DNA of 64,000 nucleotides from Candidatus Sericytochromatia bacterium. Its GTDB lineage: Bacteria > Cyanobacteriota > Sericytochromatia > S15B-MN24 > JAQBPE01. A program made the position numbers and the translations under genes. Shown in pieces: positions 9,528 through 20,300 of this stretch (its first letter is position 1; each line of letters begins with the position of its first letter). Location: the NCBI GenBank assembly GCA_035285125.1, contig JAYKHR010000145.1:27725-91724 (forward strand), read 5' to 3'. A model generated the notes under the pieces. It made no database searches. It was not told the DNA's origin and saw nothing but the letters and a program-made list of their open reading frames with translations.

Positions 9528-11218
9528 GGCCCTCGCCCGGCCTCCTGATCCGCGCGTTCGGTGCCCTGCGCTTCGCGCACTTCGAGCGGGCCTGCCAGGA
9601 CCCCCGGGCGTCACAGGCCCGTGCGCTGGCCCGCTACACCCGGCTGGCCCACGACACGGCCTTCGGCCGCGCGCACGGGCTGACGCCCCACGAGACGCCC
9701 GAGAGCTTCGCGGCCAAGGTGCCGATCCGAGACTACGAGGGCTTCCGGCCCTACGTCGCCCGCACGATGGCCGGCGAGCCCCGCGTGCTCGCCCCCGACG
9801 CCCCCACGTGGTACGTCACGACCAGCGGCACCACGGGCGAGCCCAAGTACATCCCGGTCACGCCGCGCTGGTACGGGGCGCTGCGTCGCCAGCTCGGGCT
9901 CTGGCTGTACGGCGTGGCGCGCGACCACCCGGGCACCTTCGACGGCGCCCTGCTCACGATCGTGAGCCCGGCCGTGGAGGGTCACACCGCCGCGGGCACG
10001 CCCTGCGGCTCGATGTCCGGGCTGACGAACCAGCGGGCGCCCGGCTGGCTCCGCAGCCACTACGCGGTGCCGCAGGCGCTGGCCTGGATCGCCGACCACG
10101 AGGCCCGCTACGCGGCCTGTCTGCGCCTGGCGATGCAGCGGCCCCTGTCGCTGGTGATGACGCCCAACCCCTCGACGCTGCTGCGGCTCGCGGCCGTGCT
10201 GGAGGCTCAGGCGGATACGCTGCTGGCCGCCCTCGCGGCAGGGACGCTGGGCCAGCCGTGGCCGGCGCTCATGGACCTGCCGGGCGTGGACCCGGACGCC
10301 GTGCGCGAGGCCCTGACGACCCGCCTGAGCCCCGATCCGGCGCGCGCCCGCGCCATCGCCGCGCGGGCTTCCCGCGCCGGCAGGCTCCTGCCCGCCCATG
10401 TCTGGCCCGAGCTGCGCTTCATCGGCACCTGGCTGGGGGGCTCCGTCGGCCTGCATGCCCCCCGGCTGCGGCAGGCCTGGGGCGAGACCGCGGCGATGCG
10501 TGACCTCGGCCTGCTCGCGAGCGAGGGCCGCCTGACGGTGCCACTCACCGACGACACTCCCGTCGGGCCCCTCGACGTGCTCGGGAACTACTACGAGTTC
10601 ATCCCGGAGGACGCCCTCGACGCGCCACACCCGCCGGTGCTGGGGGCCCACCAGCTCGAAGTCGGCGCCCGCTACTACGTCATCCTGACGAGCGGCAACG
10701 GGCTGCCCCGGTACGACCTTCACGACGTGGTCGAGGTGCGCGGGCACCACCACCGCACGCCCTGCGTCGCCTTCCTGCGCAAGGGCCGCGACATGCTCAG
10801 CCTGACGGGTGAAAAGCTGCACGTGAACCAGCTGCTCGCGGCGGTCGCTGCTGCCAGCGAGGCCGCGGGCCTGGGCGTGCGGCAGTGCCGCCTCGTGGGC
10901 GACGCGGCGGCCATCGCCTACGACTTGCTCGTCGAGCCCTGGGAGCCCCCGGGCGCCGCCGACGCGCTGCCGACCTTCGCCAGGGTGCTCGACGCCCGCC
11001 TCGCCGAGCTCAACGTCGAGTATGCCAGCAAGCGGGCCTCAGGCCGCCTGCCGGCGCCTCGGGTGTGCCTGATGCGCCCCGGCTGGTCGGAGGCGCTCAC
11101 GGCCGTGGCCCTCGCGGCTGGCGTGCGGGACGCCCAGCTCAAGTGGAAGGTGCTGGCCGACGCTTGGGACGCGACGAGCCCGGCCTGGGTGGCCGAGGTG
11201 GCTGGAGACGCCCGGTAG
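9524..11218 (+). CDS. GH3 family acyl-acid amido synthetase (adenylate-forming)
   Basis: VPIRDYEGFRPY, TTSGTTGEPKYIP, LASEG, YYEFIP, RYDLHDVV, LSLTGEKL; GTGA overlap start. Confidence 0.92.
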   Translation: MRPSPGLLIRAFGALRFAHFERACQDPRASQARALARYTRLAHDTAFGRAHGLTPHETPESFAAKVPIRDYEGFRPYVARTMAGEPRVLAPDAPTWYVTTSGTTGEPKYIPVTPRWYGALRRQLGLWLYGVARDHPGTFDGALLTIVSPAVEGHTAAGTPCGSMSGLTNQRAPGWLRSHYAVPQALAWIADHEARYAACLRLAMQRPLSLVMTPNPSTLLRLAAVLEAQADTLLAALAAGTLGQPWPALMDLPGVDPDAVREALTTRLSPDPARARAIAARASRAGRLLPAHVWPELRFIGTWLGGSVGLHAPRLRQAWGETAAMRDLGLLASEGRLTVPLTDDTPVGPLDVLGNYYEFIPEDALDAPHPPVLGAHQLEVGARYYVILTSGNGLPRYDLHDVVEVRGHHHRTPCVAFLRKGRDMLSLTGEKLHVNQLLAAVAAASEAAGLGVRQCRLVGDAAAIAYDLLVEPWEPPGAADALPTFARVLDARLAELNVEYASKRASGRLPAPRVCLMRPGWSEALTAVALAAGVRDAQLKWKVLADAWDATSPAWVAEVAGDAR

Positions 11219-11259
11219 GCCCCTGGATTTCTACACCCGGCTGCGATACAACCCCTCCC

Positions 11260-12471
11260 ATGCGCCGCCTCGCCCTGACGCTCGCCACCCTCGCGCTGTG
11301 CCCGACGGCCGCGCACGCAGCCGAGGAGCCCGATTTCTCGTGGCTCAACGGCGTGAACCCGCAGCGCGTGGCGCCGCTGCGCACGGGTCCGCTCACGTGG
11401 ACCTTCCTGATCGACAGCTACTACGGGCAGGCGTTGAACCAGCCCGCTGACCACACGGTCTTCCCGACGACCACGGCCCCGCGCCACCACGAGTTCGCGC
11501 TGAACCTCGGGCTCGTCGGGCTGGAGGTCACGGAGCACGAGGGGCTGTTCGGCAAGCTGGTGTTCCAGGGCGGGACCTACGTCGACACGATCTTCGGCGG
11601 CGACCCGACGGTGAGCCGCGGCGCCTACAACACGCTGGGCTCCTTGCGGCATGTCCAGCAGGCCTGGGCCGGCCACCGCTTCCCGGTGCTCTCGGGGCTG
11701 AACCTGGTAATGGGGCTGTTCCCGGCCTACATCGGGCTCGACAGCTACATCCCGCAGGAGAACTGGAGCTACACCCACAACCTGTGCAGCGACTTCACGC
11801 CTTATTACTTGCAGGGCCTGATGGCGCAGCTCTTTCCGCGGCCGGAGCTCAAGACCGAGGTCTGGCTCGTCAACGGGTGGCAGACGCTCGGCAAGGTCGG
11901 CGAGGGCTTCGGCCTGGGCTACAGCGTGAACTGGCGGCCGCACGACCGCCTGAGCCTGACGCACAACGTCCTCGGCGGCCAACTGGGCGCGGACCCGACG
12001 CGCCACCGCTTCTTCACCGACAACTCGGTGCAGTGGCGTTACGCCGTGCAACCCACGCCCTGGCTGCGTCACCTGGCGCTGGCGGCGGTGGCGGACCTCG
12101 GCCACGAGGGCGCCTCCACCCAGGCGGGAGGGGCCCCTGCGACCTTCTTCGGCGGCGGCGGGCTGCTGCACCGCGCCGTCCTCGACGACAACTGGGCGGT
12201 GACGCTGCGGGCGAGCACCTTCAACGACCCCCAGCGGCTCGTGGCGCTGGTGCCCCCGTCGGGGGCCGGCGGGGGCGCCCCGCTGTGGGCCAGCGAGGCC
12301 ACGCTGACGCTCGATCACAGCCCGTCACCCTGGATGCTGTACCGGCTGGAGGCCCGCCAGGACTGGGCCAGCACGCCCTATATCGCGGGGCCGGGCGGCG
12401 TGACGGGGAACGCCCCGGACCTGCGCACGGCCGGGGGGCGGGTGGTGTGGAATGCGACGGTGAGGTTCTAG
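11260..12471 (+). CDS. Outer membrane beta-barrel porin (DUF1597-like)
   Basis: Signal peptide (AAHA), PDFSWLNG, ENWSYT...TPYY, VNGWQ and a terminal Phe (WNATVRF). Confidence 0.8.
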   Translation: MRRLALTLATLALCPTAAHAAEEPDFSWLNGVNPQRVAPLRTGPLTWTFLIDSYYGQALNQPADHTVFPTTTAPRHHEFALNLGLVGLEVTEHEGLFGKLVFQGGTYVDTIFGGDPTVSRGAYNTLGSLRHVQQAWAGHRFPVLSGLNLVMGLFPAYIGLDSYIPQENWSYTHNLCSDFTPYYLQGLMAQLFPRPELKTEVWLVNGWQTLGKVGEGFGLGYSVNWRPHDRLSLTHNVLGGQLGADPTRHRFFTDNSVQWRYAVQPTPWLRHLALAAVADLGHEGASTQAGGAPATFFGGGGLLHRAVLDDNWAVTLRASTFNDPQRLVALVPPSGAGGGAPLWASEATLTLDHSPSPWMLYRLEARQDWASTPYIAGPGGVTGNAPDLRTAGGRVVWNATVRF

Positions 12472-12513
12472 GCCCGCGCGCCCGGAAGCGGTCGGGAGCC
12501 CAGGCAGCCCCCG

Positions 12514-12954
12514 TCAGGCGATCGCCTCGGCCAGCGCCACAATGACCCCCGCCGGCCCTCGCATGTAGCAGAGCCTGTAAAACGCCTCGTACTGCACCAC
12601 CTCGCCCATCAGCACCGCGCCGTGGGGGCGCAGGCGGGCCATGGCGGCATCGAGGTCGTCGACCTCGAACATGAGCTGCCGCAGGCCCAGCGCGTTCGGC
12701 GGGGCGATCGCCGGCTGCAGCGGGACCAGCCCCGGGTGGCGGTACCGCGTGAGTTCCAGCTGCCCATGGCCGTCTGGCGTCCGCATCATCGCGATGTCCG
12801 CCTGACAGCCCTCCAGCCCACACAGGCGGTCGACCCAGGGGCCCTCGACGGCAGCCTCGCCCACCAGGCTCAGGCCGAGCGCCTCGAAGAAGGCGATGGC
12901 CGCCGGGAGGTCATCGACGACCACGGTGGTGTGGTCGAGCTTCAGGCGCGTCAT
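12514..12954 (-). CDS. VOC/glyoxalase family protein
   Basis: LDHTTVVVDDLPAAIAFF...LELTRY...FEVDDLD...RGPAGVIVALAE. Confidence 0.9.
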   Translation of the reverse strand: MTRLKLDHTTVVVDDLPAAIAFFEALGLSLVGEAAVEGPWVDRLCGLEGCQADIAMMRTPDGHGQLELTRYRHPGLVPLQPAIAPPNALGLRQLMFEVDDLDAAMARLRPHGAVLMGEVVQYEAFYRLCYMRGPAGVIVALAEAIA

Positions 12955-13012
12955 GCCCCCAGTGTAGCAGGCCCGGTGGCGTGCCCTGCTGGCTCCAGGG
13001 TATAGAGCGGGT

Positions 13013-16000
13013 GTGACAACGCCCCCCCCCGATCGGTTCACCAACCGCTACCGCGTGCTCGACACCCTCGGCGAAGGCGCCATGGGCGTGGTGTATCGCG
13101 TCGCCGACGTGCTGGACGGTCGGGCGGAACGCGCGTTGAAGGTGTTCAAGCCCGCGGCGGAGGCCGACGACGCCGAGGCCCGCCTGCGGTTCCGGGCCGA
13201 GTTCCACGCGATGTCCCGGCTGGGTCACCCCAACACGACGGAGGTGCTTGACTACGGCGAGCTGCCGAACGGCACGCTGTACATCGTGATGGAGCTCGTG
13301 CCCGGCCAGGAGCTCATGGAGGTGATCGGTGGCCGCCCGATGCCGCTCGAGGCGTGCTACCCGGTGCTGGCGCAGGTGCTGCAGGCCCTGGACTACATCC
13401 ACGCCCGGCAGTTCCTGCACCGCGACATCAAGGCGGCCAACGTCCGCGTCCGGCCGGACGGCGTGGTGAAGGTGATGGACTTCGGCCTGATGGGCCACGC
13501 CTCCCACGAGACCTCGCGGGCCGTCAGCGGCACGCCGGGCTACATGGCCCCGGAGATCCCGCTGGGCGGCGCCATCACCCCCGCGGTGGACCTCTATGCC
13601 GTCGGCTGCCTGGCCTACGAGATGCTCACGGGCACGCTCCCGTTTTCGGGCTCCCTGGGCGAGGTGGTCCGCGGCCACATGCGCGAGCCGCCGCCGTCGC
13701 TGGCGGCGCGTCGCCCCGAGCTGCCCCAGCCCCTGATCCGCCTCGTGGAGCGGCTGCTCGAGAAGGACCCCGCCCGCCGGCCACCGTCGGCCGGGCACGC
13801 CCTCGAGGAGCTCAGCGCCATCGCGGGCCTGCGCGCCACGCGCGCGAACGTGGAGCAGCAGCGCTCGTTCCTGGTCGCCAGCGAGCTTGTGGGGCGCGAG
13901 GCCGAGCTCGCCCGCCTGCAGGCGGGGCTGGACGACGCACTCGCGGGCCGCGGCAGCGCCCTGATGCTCGGGGCGCCCGCGGGCACCGGCAAGAGCCGGC
14001 TGGTGGCCGAGCTGAAGCTGCGGGCGCAGCTGGCAGGCTTCGTCGTGATGCACGGCCACTGCCACGAGGGCGGCATGGCGCCCTTCGAGGCCCTGCGCGA
14101 GGCCATCCGGCCGGCCCTGGCGCACGGGACGCAGGAGGAGCGCGAGCAGTTCGCAGCACCCCTGGCGGCCCTCTTCCCCGAGTTCGGTGCGCCGGCGCAG
14201 GTGCGGGGCGCTCTGGTGGTCGAGCCTCTGCTGGCGTGGCTCGGGGGCCTGTCCGCGCGTTTGCCCCTGCTGCTCGTCGTCGATGACATGCACTGGGCCG
14301 ATCAGGAGACGGTCGACGTCGTGAACCGCGGCATCCGCGAGGTGGGGGCGCACCGCGTGCTGTGCGTCTGCACCTTCCGCGACGACGAGACGCCGCCGGG
14401 CAGCAGCCTCTGGCACACGCTGGAGGAGGGCGCGAGCGAGCGCCTGAGCCTCGGCCCGCTCGATCGTGACGGCCAGGCGGCGCTGCTGACCTCGATGCTG
14501 CCGGGCGCCCAGGTCCCGGCAGGCTTCTCGGAGGGCCTGCTCCAGGCCACGGGCGGCAACCCGCTGTTCGTGCAGGCGGCCCTGAACGTGCTCCTCGAGG
14601 AGGGCCACCTGACACGCGACGGGAACAGCTGGCGCTTCCCGCTCGATCCCTCGGTGCTGGCCGGGCTCGAGCGGGTCGAGGCCAGCATCCAGCGCCGGCT
14701 GGCCCACCTGTCCCCCCGCTCGCGCGAGGTGCTCGACTGCGCCGCGGTGCTCGGCCGGCAGTGGACGCTCTGCACGCTGTCGGCCGTCACGGGGCTCGAC
14801 GAGGACGCACTGTTCTGTGCCCTCGAGGACCTGACGCACCGGCAGCTGCTGGCGCGAGGCGAGACGGGGGCCTGCCACTTCCCCCACGACCGCGTGCGGG
14901 AGGTGGCCCACGCGGCGCTGTCGCCAGCGGCCCGCGCAGCCCTGCACCTGCAGGCCGGCGAGGCCCTCGCCGCCAGGTCCGACGCCGACGCCCACGCCCG
15001 CGAGCTCGGTCGCCACTTCCTCGAGGGCGGTGACGACGCCCGGGCCTGGCGCTGGTTGGCGCGGGCCGGCCACCAGGCGCTGGCCGCCGGGGCGAGCTAC
15101 ACGGCGCTCGAGCACTTCCGCGACGCCGACCAGGCCCTGGCCCGCCTGCCGGGGGACCACCTCGCCGACCAGCTGCCGATGTGGCTGCTGGTGGGGCAGC
15201 ACGGCTTCAACATCGCCACGGGCCTGGCCGCGCAGATGCTGCAGCGGGCGCTGGCCGCCCTGGAGGCGGACCCGGCCCGCGTCGCGGAGGTCCTGCGGCC
15301 GCTGGGGCGCAGCGTGGGGGAGATCCACGTCCTGTACGCGGCCGCGATGGGGCTGTGGGGGGAGCCCGCCCTGGCCCTGGCGGCCGTGGCGAAGCTGGAG
15401 GCGATCGCCCCGCGCGACGGCTCGCCCGCGAGCGCCATGCCCCTGGTGGCCGCGCTGCCCGCGCTGTTCGTGGCCGGCCGGCTCGATGCCACGCTGGCCC
15501 GGGCCAGGATGGCATCGAGCCTGCTCGCGGGGCCCCTGTCTCCCGGCACGCCCGCCCTGGTGCACACCATGCGGGTCGCGGCGATGGGCGCCCAGAACGT
15601 CCTGGCCTTTCAGGGCCTCCGGCCAGACCCCGCCATCCGTGATCAGGCCCTCGCTTACGCGCGCGAGCTCGGCGACGACGACCCGTACCTGCCCTGGTTC
15701 TACTTCGGCGTCTGGGCCGCCTGGACGGGGCACAGCGCAGAGCTCGACGTCTACCTGGAGCGGACGGCGCGGAAGAACCGCAAGCTGGGTGGCCCCCCCC
15801 ACGTCTGGCTGCTGTACCTGGCCCCCTACATCCGCTGGCTGCGCGGCGAGACCGAGGGGGCGCTCGAGCAGATCGAGCGCAACCTCGCCATCCACCCCCA
15901 CCTGAGCGAGCATGGGCTCACCCACATGCTCGCCCGCACGCTGCGCGGCCAGCTGCTGCTGGACCTCGGGCGCGTCCCCGAAGCCATGCAGGCGTTCGAC

Positions 16001-16528
16001 ACGCTGACGGCGTCAGCACGCGCCAAGGGGCTGCACCTGGCCTGGCAGTTCGGGCTCTACGGCCAGGGCCTCTGCCTGATCCACGCGGGCCGCCCCCACG
16101 ACGCCGTGCCCCTGTTCGAGTCGCAGCGCGACGCCTCGCAGGATGAGCACCACCGCAACCCGCTGGGCCTGGCCTATGCTCACCAGGGCCTCGGCCAGGC
16201 GTACATGGCGCTGGGCGACCCGCGCAGCCTCGGCCACCTCGACACGGCGCTGGCCATCGCCAAGCGGCCTGAGATGGACAACCTCTTCCAGCAAGCCGTC
16301 GTGCAACACCTTCGGGGCCTGGTGCTGCACGGCCAGGGGCGTCAGGCCGAGGCCGTGGCCGCACTCGGGGAGGCCGGGCGGCTGTTCGGCGTGATGCGCA
16401 GCCCGCACTGGCTGCACCGGGTGCATGTCGACCTGGCCCGCGTCCGCCAGGCCCCGCCGCCCCCCCCGCTCCCCGCCACGAACGCCGGCATCGAGGCGCG
16501 CTTCGAGCGCTTCAAGCGGCTGATGTGA
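13013..16528 (+). CDS. Ser/Thr protein kinase - AAA/STAND ATPase - helical repeat protein, paralog 2
   Basis: GEGAMGVVY, HRDIKAAN, DFG; Walker A GAPAGTGKS; LLVVDDMHWAD; colinear with paralog 1. Confidence 0.93.
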   Translation: MTTPPPDRFTNRYRVLDTLGEGAMGVVYRVADVLDGRAERALKVFKPAAEADDAEARLRFRAEFHAMSRLGHPNTTEVLDYGELPNGTLYIVMELVPGQELMEVIGGRPMPLEACYPVLAQVLQALDYIHARQFLHRDIKAANVRVRPDGVVKVMDFGLMGHASHETSRAVSGTPGYMAPEIPLGGAITPAVDLYAVGCLAYEMLTGTLPFSGSLGEVVRGHMREPPPSLAARRPELPQPLIRLVERLLEKDPARRPPSAGHALEELSAIAGLRATRANVEQQRSFLVASELVGREAELARLQAGLDDALAGRGSALMLGAPAGTGKSRLVAELKLRAQLAGFVVMHGHCHEGGMAPFEALREAIRPALAHGTQEEREQFAAPLAALFPEFGAPAQVRGALVVEPLLAWLGGLSARLPLLLVVDDMHWADQETVDVVNRGIREVGAHRVLCVCTFRDDETPPGSSLWHTLEEGASERLSLGPLDRDGQAALLTSMLPGAQVPAGFSEGLLQATGGNPLFVQAALNVLLEEGHLTRDGNSWRFPLDPSVLAGLERVEASIQRRLAHLSPRSREVLDCAAVLGRQWTLCTLSAVTGLDEDALFCALEDLTHRQLLARGETGACHFPHDRVREVAHAALSPAARAALHLQAGEALAARSDADAHARELGRHFLEGGDDARAWRWLARAGHQALAAGASYTALEHFRDADQALARLPGDHLADQLPMWLLVGQHGFNIATGLAAQMLQRALAALEADPARVAEVLRPLGRSVGEIHVLYAAAMGLWGEPALALAAVAKLEAIAPRDGSPASAMPLVAALPALFVAGRLDATLARARMASSLLAGPLSPGTPALVHTMRVAAMGAQNVLAFQGLRPDPAIRDQALAYARELGDDDPYLPWFYFGVWAAWTGHSAELDVYLERTARKNRKLGGPPHVWLLYLAPYIRWLRGETEGALEQIERNLAIHPHLSEHGLTHMLARTLRGQLLLDLGRVPEAMQAFDTLTASARAKGLHLAWQFGLYGQGLCLIHAGRPHDAVPLFESQRDASQDEHHRNPLGLAYAHQGLGQAYMALGDPRSLGHLDTALAIAKRPEMDNLFQQAVVQHLRGLVLHGQGRQAEAVAALGEAGRLFGVMRSPHWLHRVHVDLARVRQAPPPPPLPATNAGIEARFERFKRLM

Positions 16529-16535
16529 GGCCCGG

Positions 16536-17384
16536 ATGCTGAGCTGGCCGCTGCGCGCCTGGCGCTTCTTCAAAGACCACCCGTGGAACCTCGGCCCGGC
16601 CGTGGTGATGGCGATCGCCCACGGGCTGGCGCTGGCCGCCCCGACCCAGCCCTGCGAACCACGCTTCCTCGTGCTCGCGGGCTGCCTGTACCTGGTGTTC
16701 GGCTTCGCCACGACGCTGTACCTGCACCGCCACCTCACGCACCGGGCGTTCGAGCTCGCCGAGCCCCTGCGCTTCCTGGGCGCGATCGCCGCGGTGGCAG
16801 GGCTGGGGGGAGACCCCGTGGGCTGGGTCGGCGACCACCGCCACCACCACCAGCTGGCCGAGACCCCCGAGGACGTCCACAGCCCTCGCCGCGTGGGCGT
16901 CCTGCGCGCGCACTTCGGCTGGATGCTGCGCGAGGAAGACCCGGCGGTGCTCGGTACCCGCCACCTGGCCGAGGACGTGCGCCGCGACGCTTACAACCGC
17001 CTGCTGGAGCACCCTGAGGCGGCGCTCGGCGTCCACCTCGCCGCCGCGGCCCTCGTGTACGCCTGGGGCGGCCTGCCCGGCCTGCTGTGGGGCTTCTACC
17101 TGCCCATCTTCGTCGCGCACCACGTGGTGTGGAGCGTCAACTCCCTCGCCCACGTGCGCTGGGGCGGCTACCGGAACCACGACACCGACGACGACAGCGT
17201 GAACATCCCCGGGTGGTCCCTGGTGGCCCTCGGGGAGGGCTACCACAACAACCACCACCACGTGCCGCGCGCCGCCCGCATGGGGCAGCGCTGGTTCGAG
17301 GTGGACCCCACGGCGGGGCTCATCTGGCTGCTGGAGCGGCTCGGGCTGGCCCGGCAGGTGGCATGGGGTCCTGAGGGGGCCTGA
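16536..17384 (+). CDS. Delta-9-type membrane fatty acid desaturase
   Basis: His boxes HRHLTH, HRHHH and GEGYHNNHH; DVHSP; VNSLAH. Confidence 0.93.
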   Translation: MLSWPLRAWRFFKDHPWNLGPAVVMAIAHGLALAAPTQPCEPRFLVLAGCLYLVFGFATTLYLHRHLTHRAFELAEPLRFLGAIAAVAGLGGDPVGWVGDHRHHHQLAETPEDVHSPRRVGVLRAHFGWMLREEDPAVLGTRHLAEDVRRDAYNRLLEHPEAALGVHLAAAALVYAWGGLPGLLWGFYLPIFVAHHVVWSVNSLAHVRWGGYRNHDTDDDSVNIPGWSLVALGEGYHNNHHHVPRAARMGQRWFEVDPTAGLIWLLERLGLARQVAWGPEGA

Positions 17385-17391
17385 CGCCGCC

Positions 17392-20300
17392 CTACCAGCT
17401 CTCGGACGGCAGCCCCAGCAGCGCCCCCGTGCCGCGCACCACGGTGCGCGGCAGGCTGAAAGCGATGTAGTTGCCCGCCGCGACGCGCAGCCGGTCGGGG
17501 GCCTCGCAGAACGCCTCCACGGCCGCGGGCTCGAGGCCGACGGCGGCGGCGAGCAGCACCTCGCGGGCCCGAGCGGCATAGCCGGCCGCCTCGGGCTGGT
17601 AGGGGCGCGCCGCCGCCAGCCCGAACAGCGCGAGCGCACGCGGCACCTGGGCGCCCATGGCTTCGGCCACGTCCAGCAGCGCCCGGAAGTGCCCCGTGGC
17701 CTCCGGCGAGCCCGTCGCCAGGGCCCACTCGCCGAGCAGCGACCGCATGTCGGCGACCAGGGGCCTCACGCCGAGCCGCTCTGAGAGCACAAGCCCCTCA
17801 ACGCCCAGGCGCCGCAGCAGGGGCCAGGCCTCCTGGTGCAGGGCCAGGCGCGCCCGGGCCCGAAGCAGCCGGAGGTGAGCGCCAGGGGCGGGCGTGCCTG
17901 CCGCGAGGGCCTCCGCCAGCAAGGCCTCGGCGCTGGCCTCGTCGTCGCGGCGCAGCGCGAGCTCCGCCCGCACGGCCAGCAGGCGCAGGGCCGGATCGCT
18001 GCCGCCGCCGGCGTCGACCAGGCCCACGAGGGACCCTGCTTCACCCTCTGCGGCGGCCAGGTCTCCGACGAAGAGGTACAGCTCGAGGGCGCCCTGACGC
18101 GCCATCACCTCCAGGTAGCGGTGGCTCAGCTCGGCCCCGAGCGCCTGGGCCCGCGCCAGCAGCGGGAGGGCCTCGGCAGGGCGGCCGAGGTGGGCCGCCG
18201 CCAGGGCCTCCACCAGCTGGGCGATGCCCAGCACGTAGCCGTTCTGCATCTGCATCGCCCGGCCATAGGCAGCCTGCGAGAGCTGCGCCGCCTGGTGGTA
18301 GTCTCCGACGCCGAGCGCGACCAGGGCCCGGTTGGCGAGGGCAGCCACCACGCCCGCGTGCGCCCCGAGCTGCTCGCTGAGGACCTGCGCCTGCTCGTAG
18401 GCACGGGCGGAGGCGCCGTAGTCCCCCATGGTCTGGTGGGCGCTGCCGAGGAGCATGTGGGCGTCGCGCAGCCCGCCCTGGTCGCCGAGCGACGGCAGCA
18501 GCCCGATGACCTCCTGCAGCAGCCTCAGGCCCCGCTCGGCCTGGCCAGAGGCATACGTCAGCAGCAGGCCGCCGAGGTGGCCGAGCGCCTCGGCCGTCAG
18601 CCGCGCCTCACCGGTAGCCCGCGCCTCCGCGAGGGCCGCCTCGGCCAGCGCGATCGCCTGGGCCGGCTGCCCCGTGAACAGCCACGTTCGCGACAGGTGC
18701 AGCGAGGCCGACGCGACGCCGACGCGATCGCCCAGGCCCGCATACAGGGCCCGGGCCCGCTCCCCCGCCGCGAGGGCCTCGTCCCAGGCTGCGAGCAGCC
18801 GCTGAACCTGCGCCAGGTCTGCCAGCACCTCGGCCTCGGCGGCCCGGTCGCCCAGCTCGGCCGCCAGCGGCAGGGCCTCGGCCAGCAGCAGCCGCGCCGC
18901 GTGGTTGGCCCCCAGGCCTCGGCGCACGCGAGCGAGGGCATGCAGGGCCTGCAGCCGCAGCGACATGCGCTCCGAGGCAGCCAGGGACAGCCCGGGCTCG
19001 TCGAGGGCCGTGATGGCGTCCTTCAGGAGCCGATCCGCCGGCGCCAGGGCCTGCAGCCCGAGGTGCCCCAGGCCCGCCGCCAGGGCATAGCGGGCCGTGC
19101 GCTCGCGGTCGCCCGCCCGCTGGAAGTGGTGCGCGAGCGCGGCCAGCCCCGTGGTCCGCTGCGGCCCGTCGGGGCCCAAGCCCACCAGCTCGGCCTCGAT
19201 GGCCCGGCCCACCGCCTGGTGCAGCGCGACCAGCTGGTCGCCGGCCGTGTTGGCGTAGAGGAAGTCCGAGAAGTGGGGCTGCACGAAGCCGTAGGCGCCG
19301 CCGTCATCGCGGGCCAGGATGCCCCGACGCTCGAGCTCGTCGAGGGCCGCGAGCAGGCCGTCGTCGTCGAGCGCGGCCGCCTGCGCGATCCAGGCCGCAG
19401 GGGCCTCGCGCCCGTGCACCGCCAACAGCCTGGCCACGCGCTGCGGCACGGGCGACAGGCGGTCGACCTTGCCCACGATCAGGGCCGAGAGCTGCCGGGG
19501 CACGAGCCCGGGCGAGAGCGCCACACGGGTGTCCCAGCGCCCGGCGCGCATCGCGAGTGCCCCGCTCGTCACGAGGTGCTCCAGCAAGCCCGCGATCACG
19601 AAGGGCACGCCTTCCGTCAGCTCGGCCACGCGCGCGACGAAGGCCGGATCGGGCTCGGCCACCCCGAGCATGGCGGCCACCACCTGCCCCACGGCAGGCT
19701 CGTCGAGGGGCATCACGGGCACGGCGGTGACGGCCGCGACCCAGTCGTCCGACCCCTCCGGCGGGTAATTGCCCGCCAGCACGAACAGCACCGGAACGCC
19801 TGCCAGCACGCGCATCAGGTTCGTGAGCAACTCCCGGCCGAGGGGCTCGACCCAGTGCCAGTCGTCGAGCAGCACCAGGAGCCCGGTTCGCCGCGCGTGG
19901 GCCTCCATCAGGGTCGCCACGGCCGCCTGGAGGCGGCGGCGCTCCCCGGCGGCCTCCAGCGGCGGGGCCGGCTCGACGCCCGGCAGCGGCGTCAGCCGTG
20001 CGAGCACGGGTGCCACCGCCGCGAGGTCCTCCTCGGGCGGGCCGAGCGCCCGCCAGACGGCGGCGAGCAGCTCCACCACGGTGGCGTAGGGGGCACCCTC
20101 GCGCTCGTGGCTCGCCGCTCGGATCACCGGCACGTTGGCGATCCCGGCCTGGGAGCGCAAGTCCTCCAGCAGCCGGCTCTTGCCGAGGCCCGGAGGACCG
20201 TGCAGGAGCACCGTGGCGCCGGCCTCCCCGCAGGCCACCTGGTTCAGCCGGTCCGTCAGCAGGGTCTGGGCCTGCTCGCGCCCCACGAGGGGCGAAGAGA

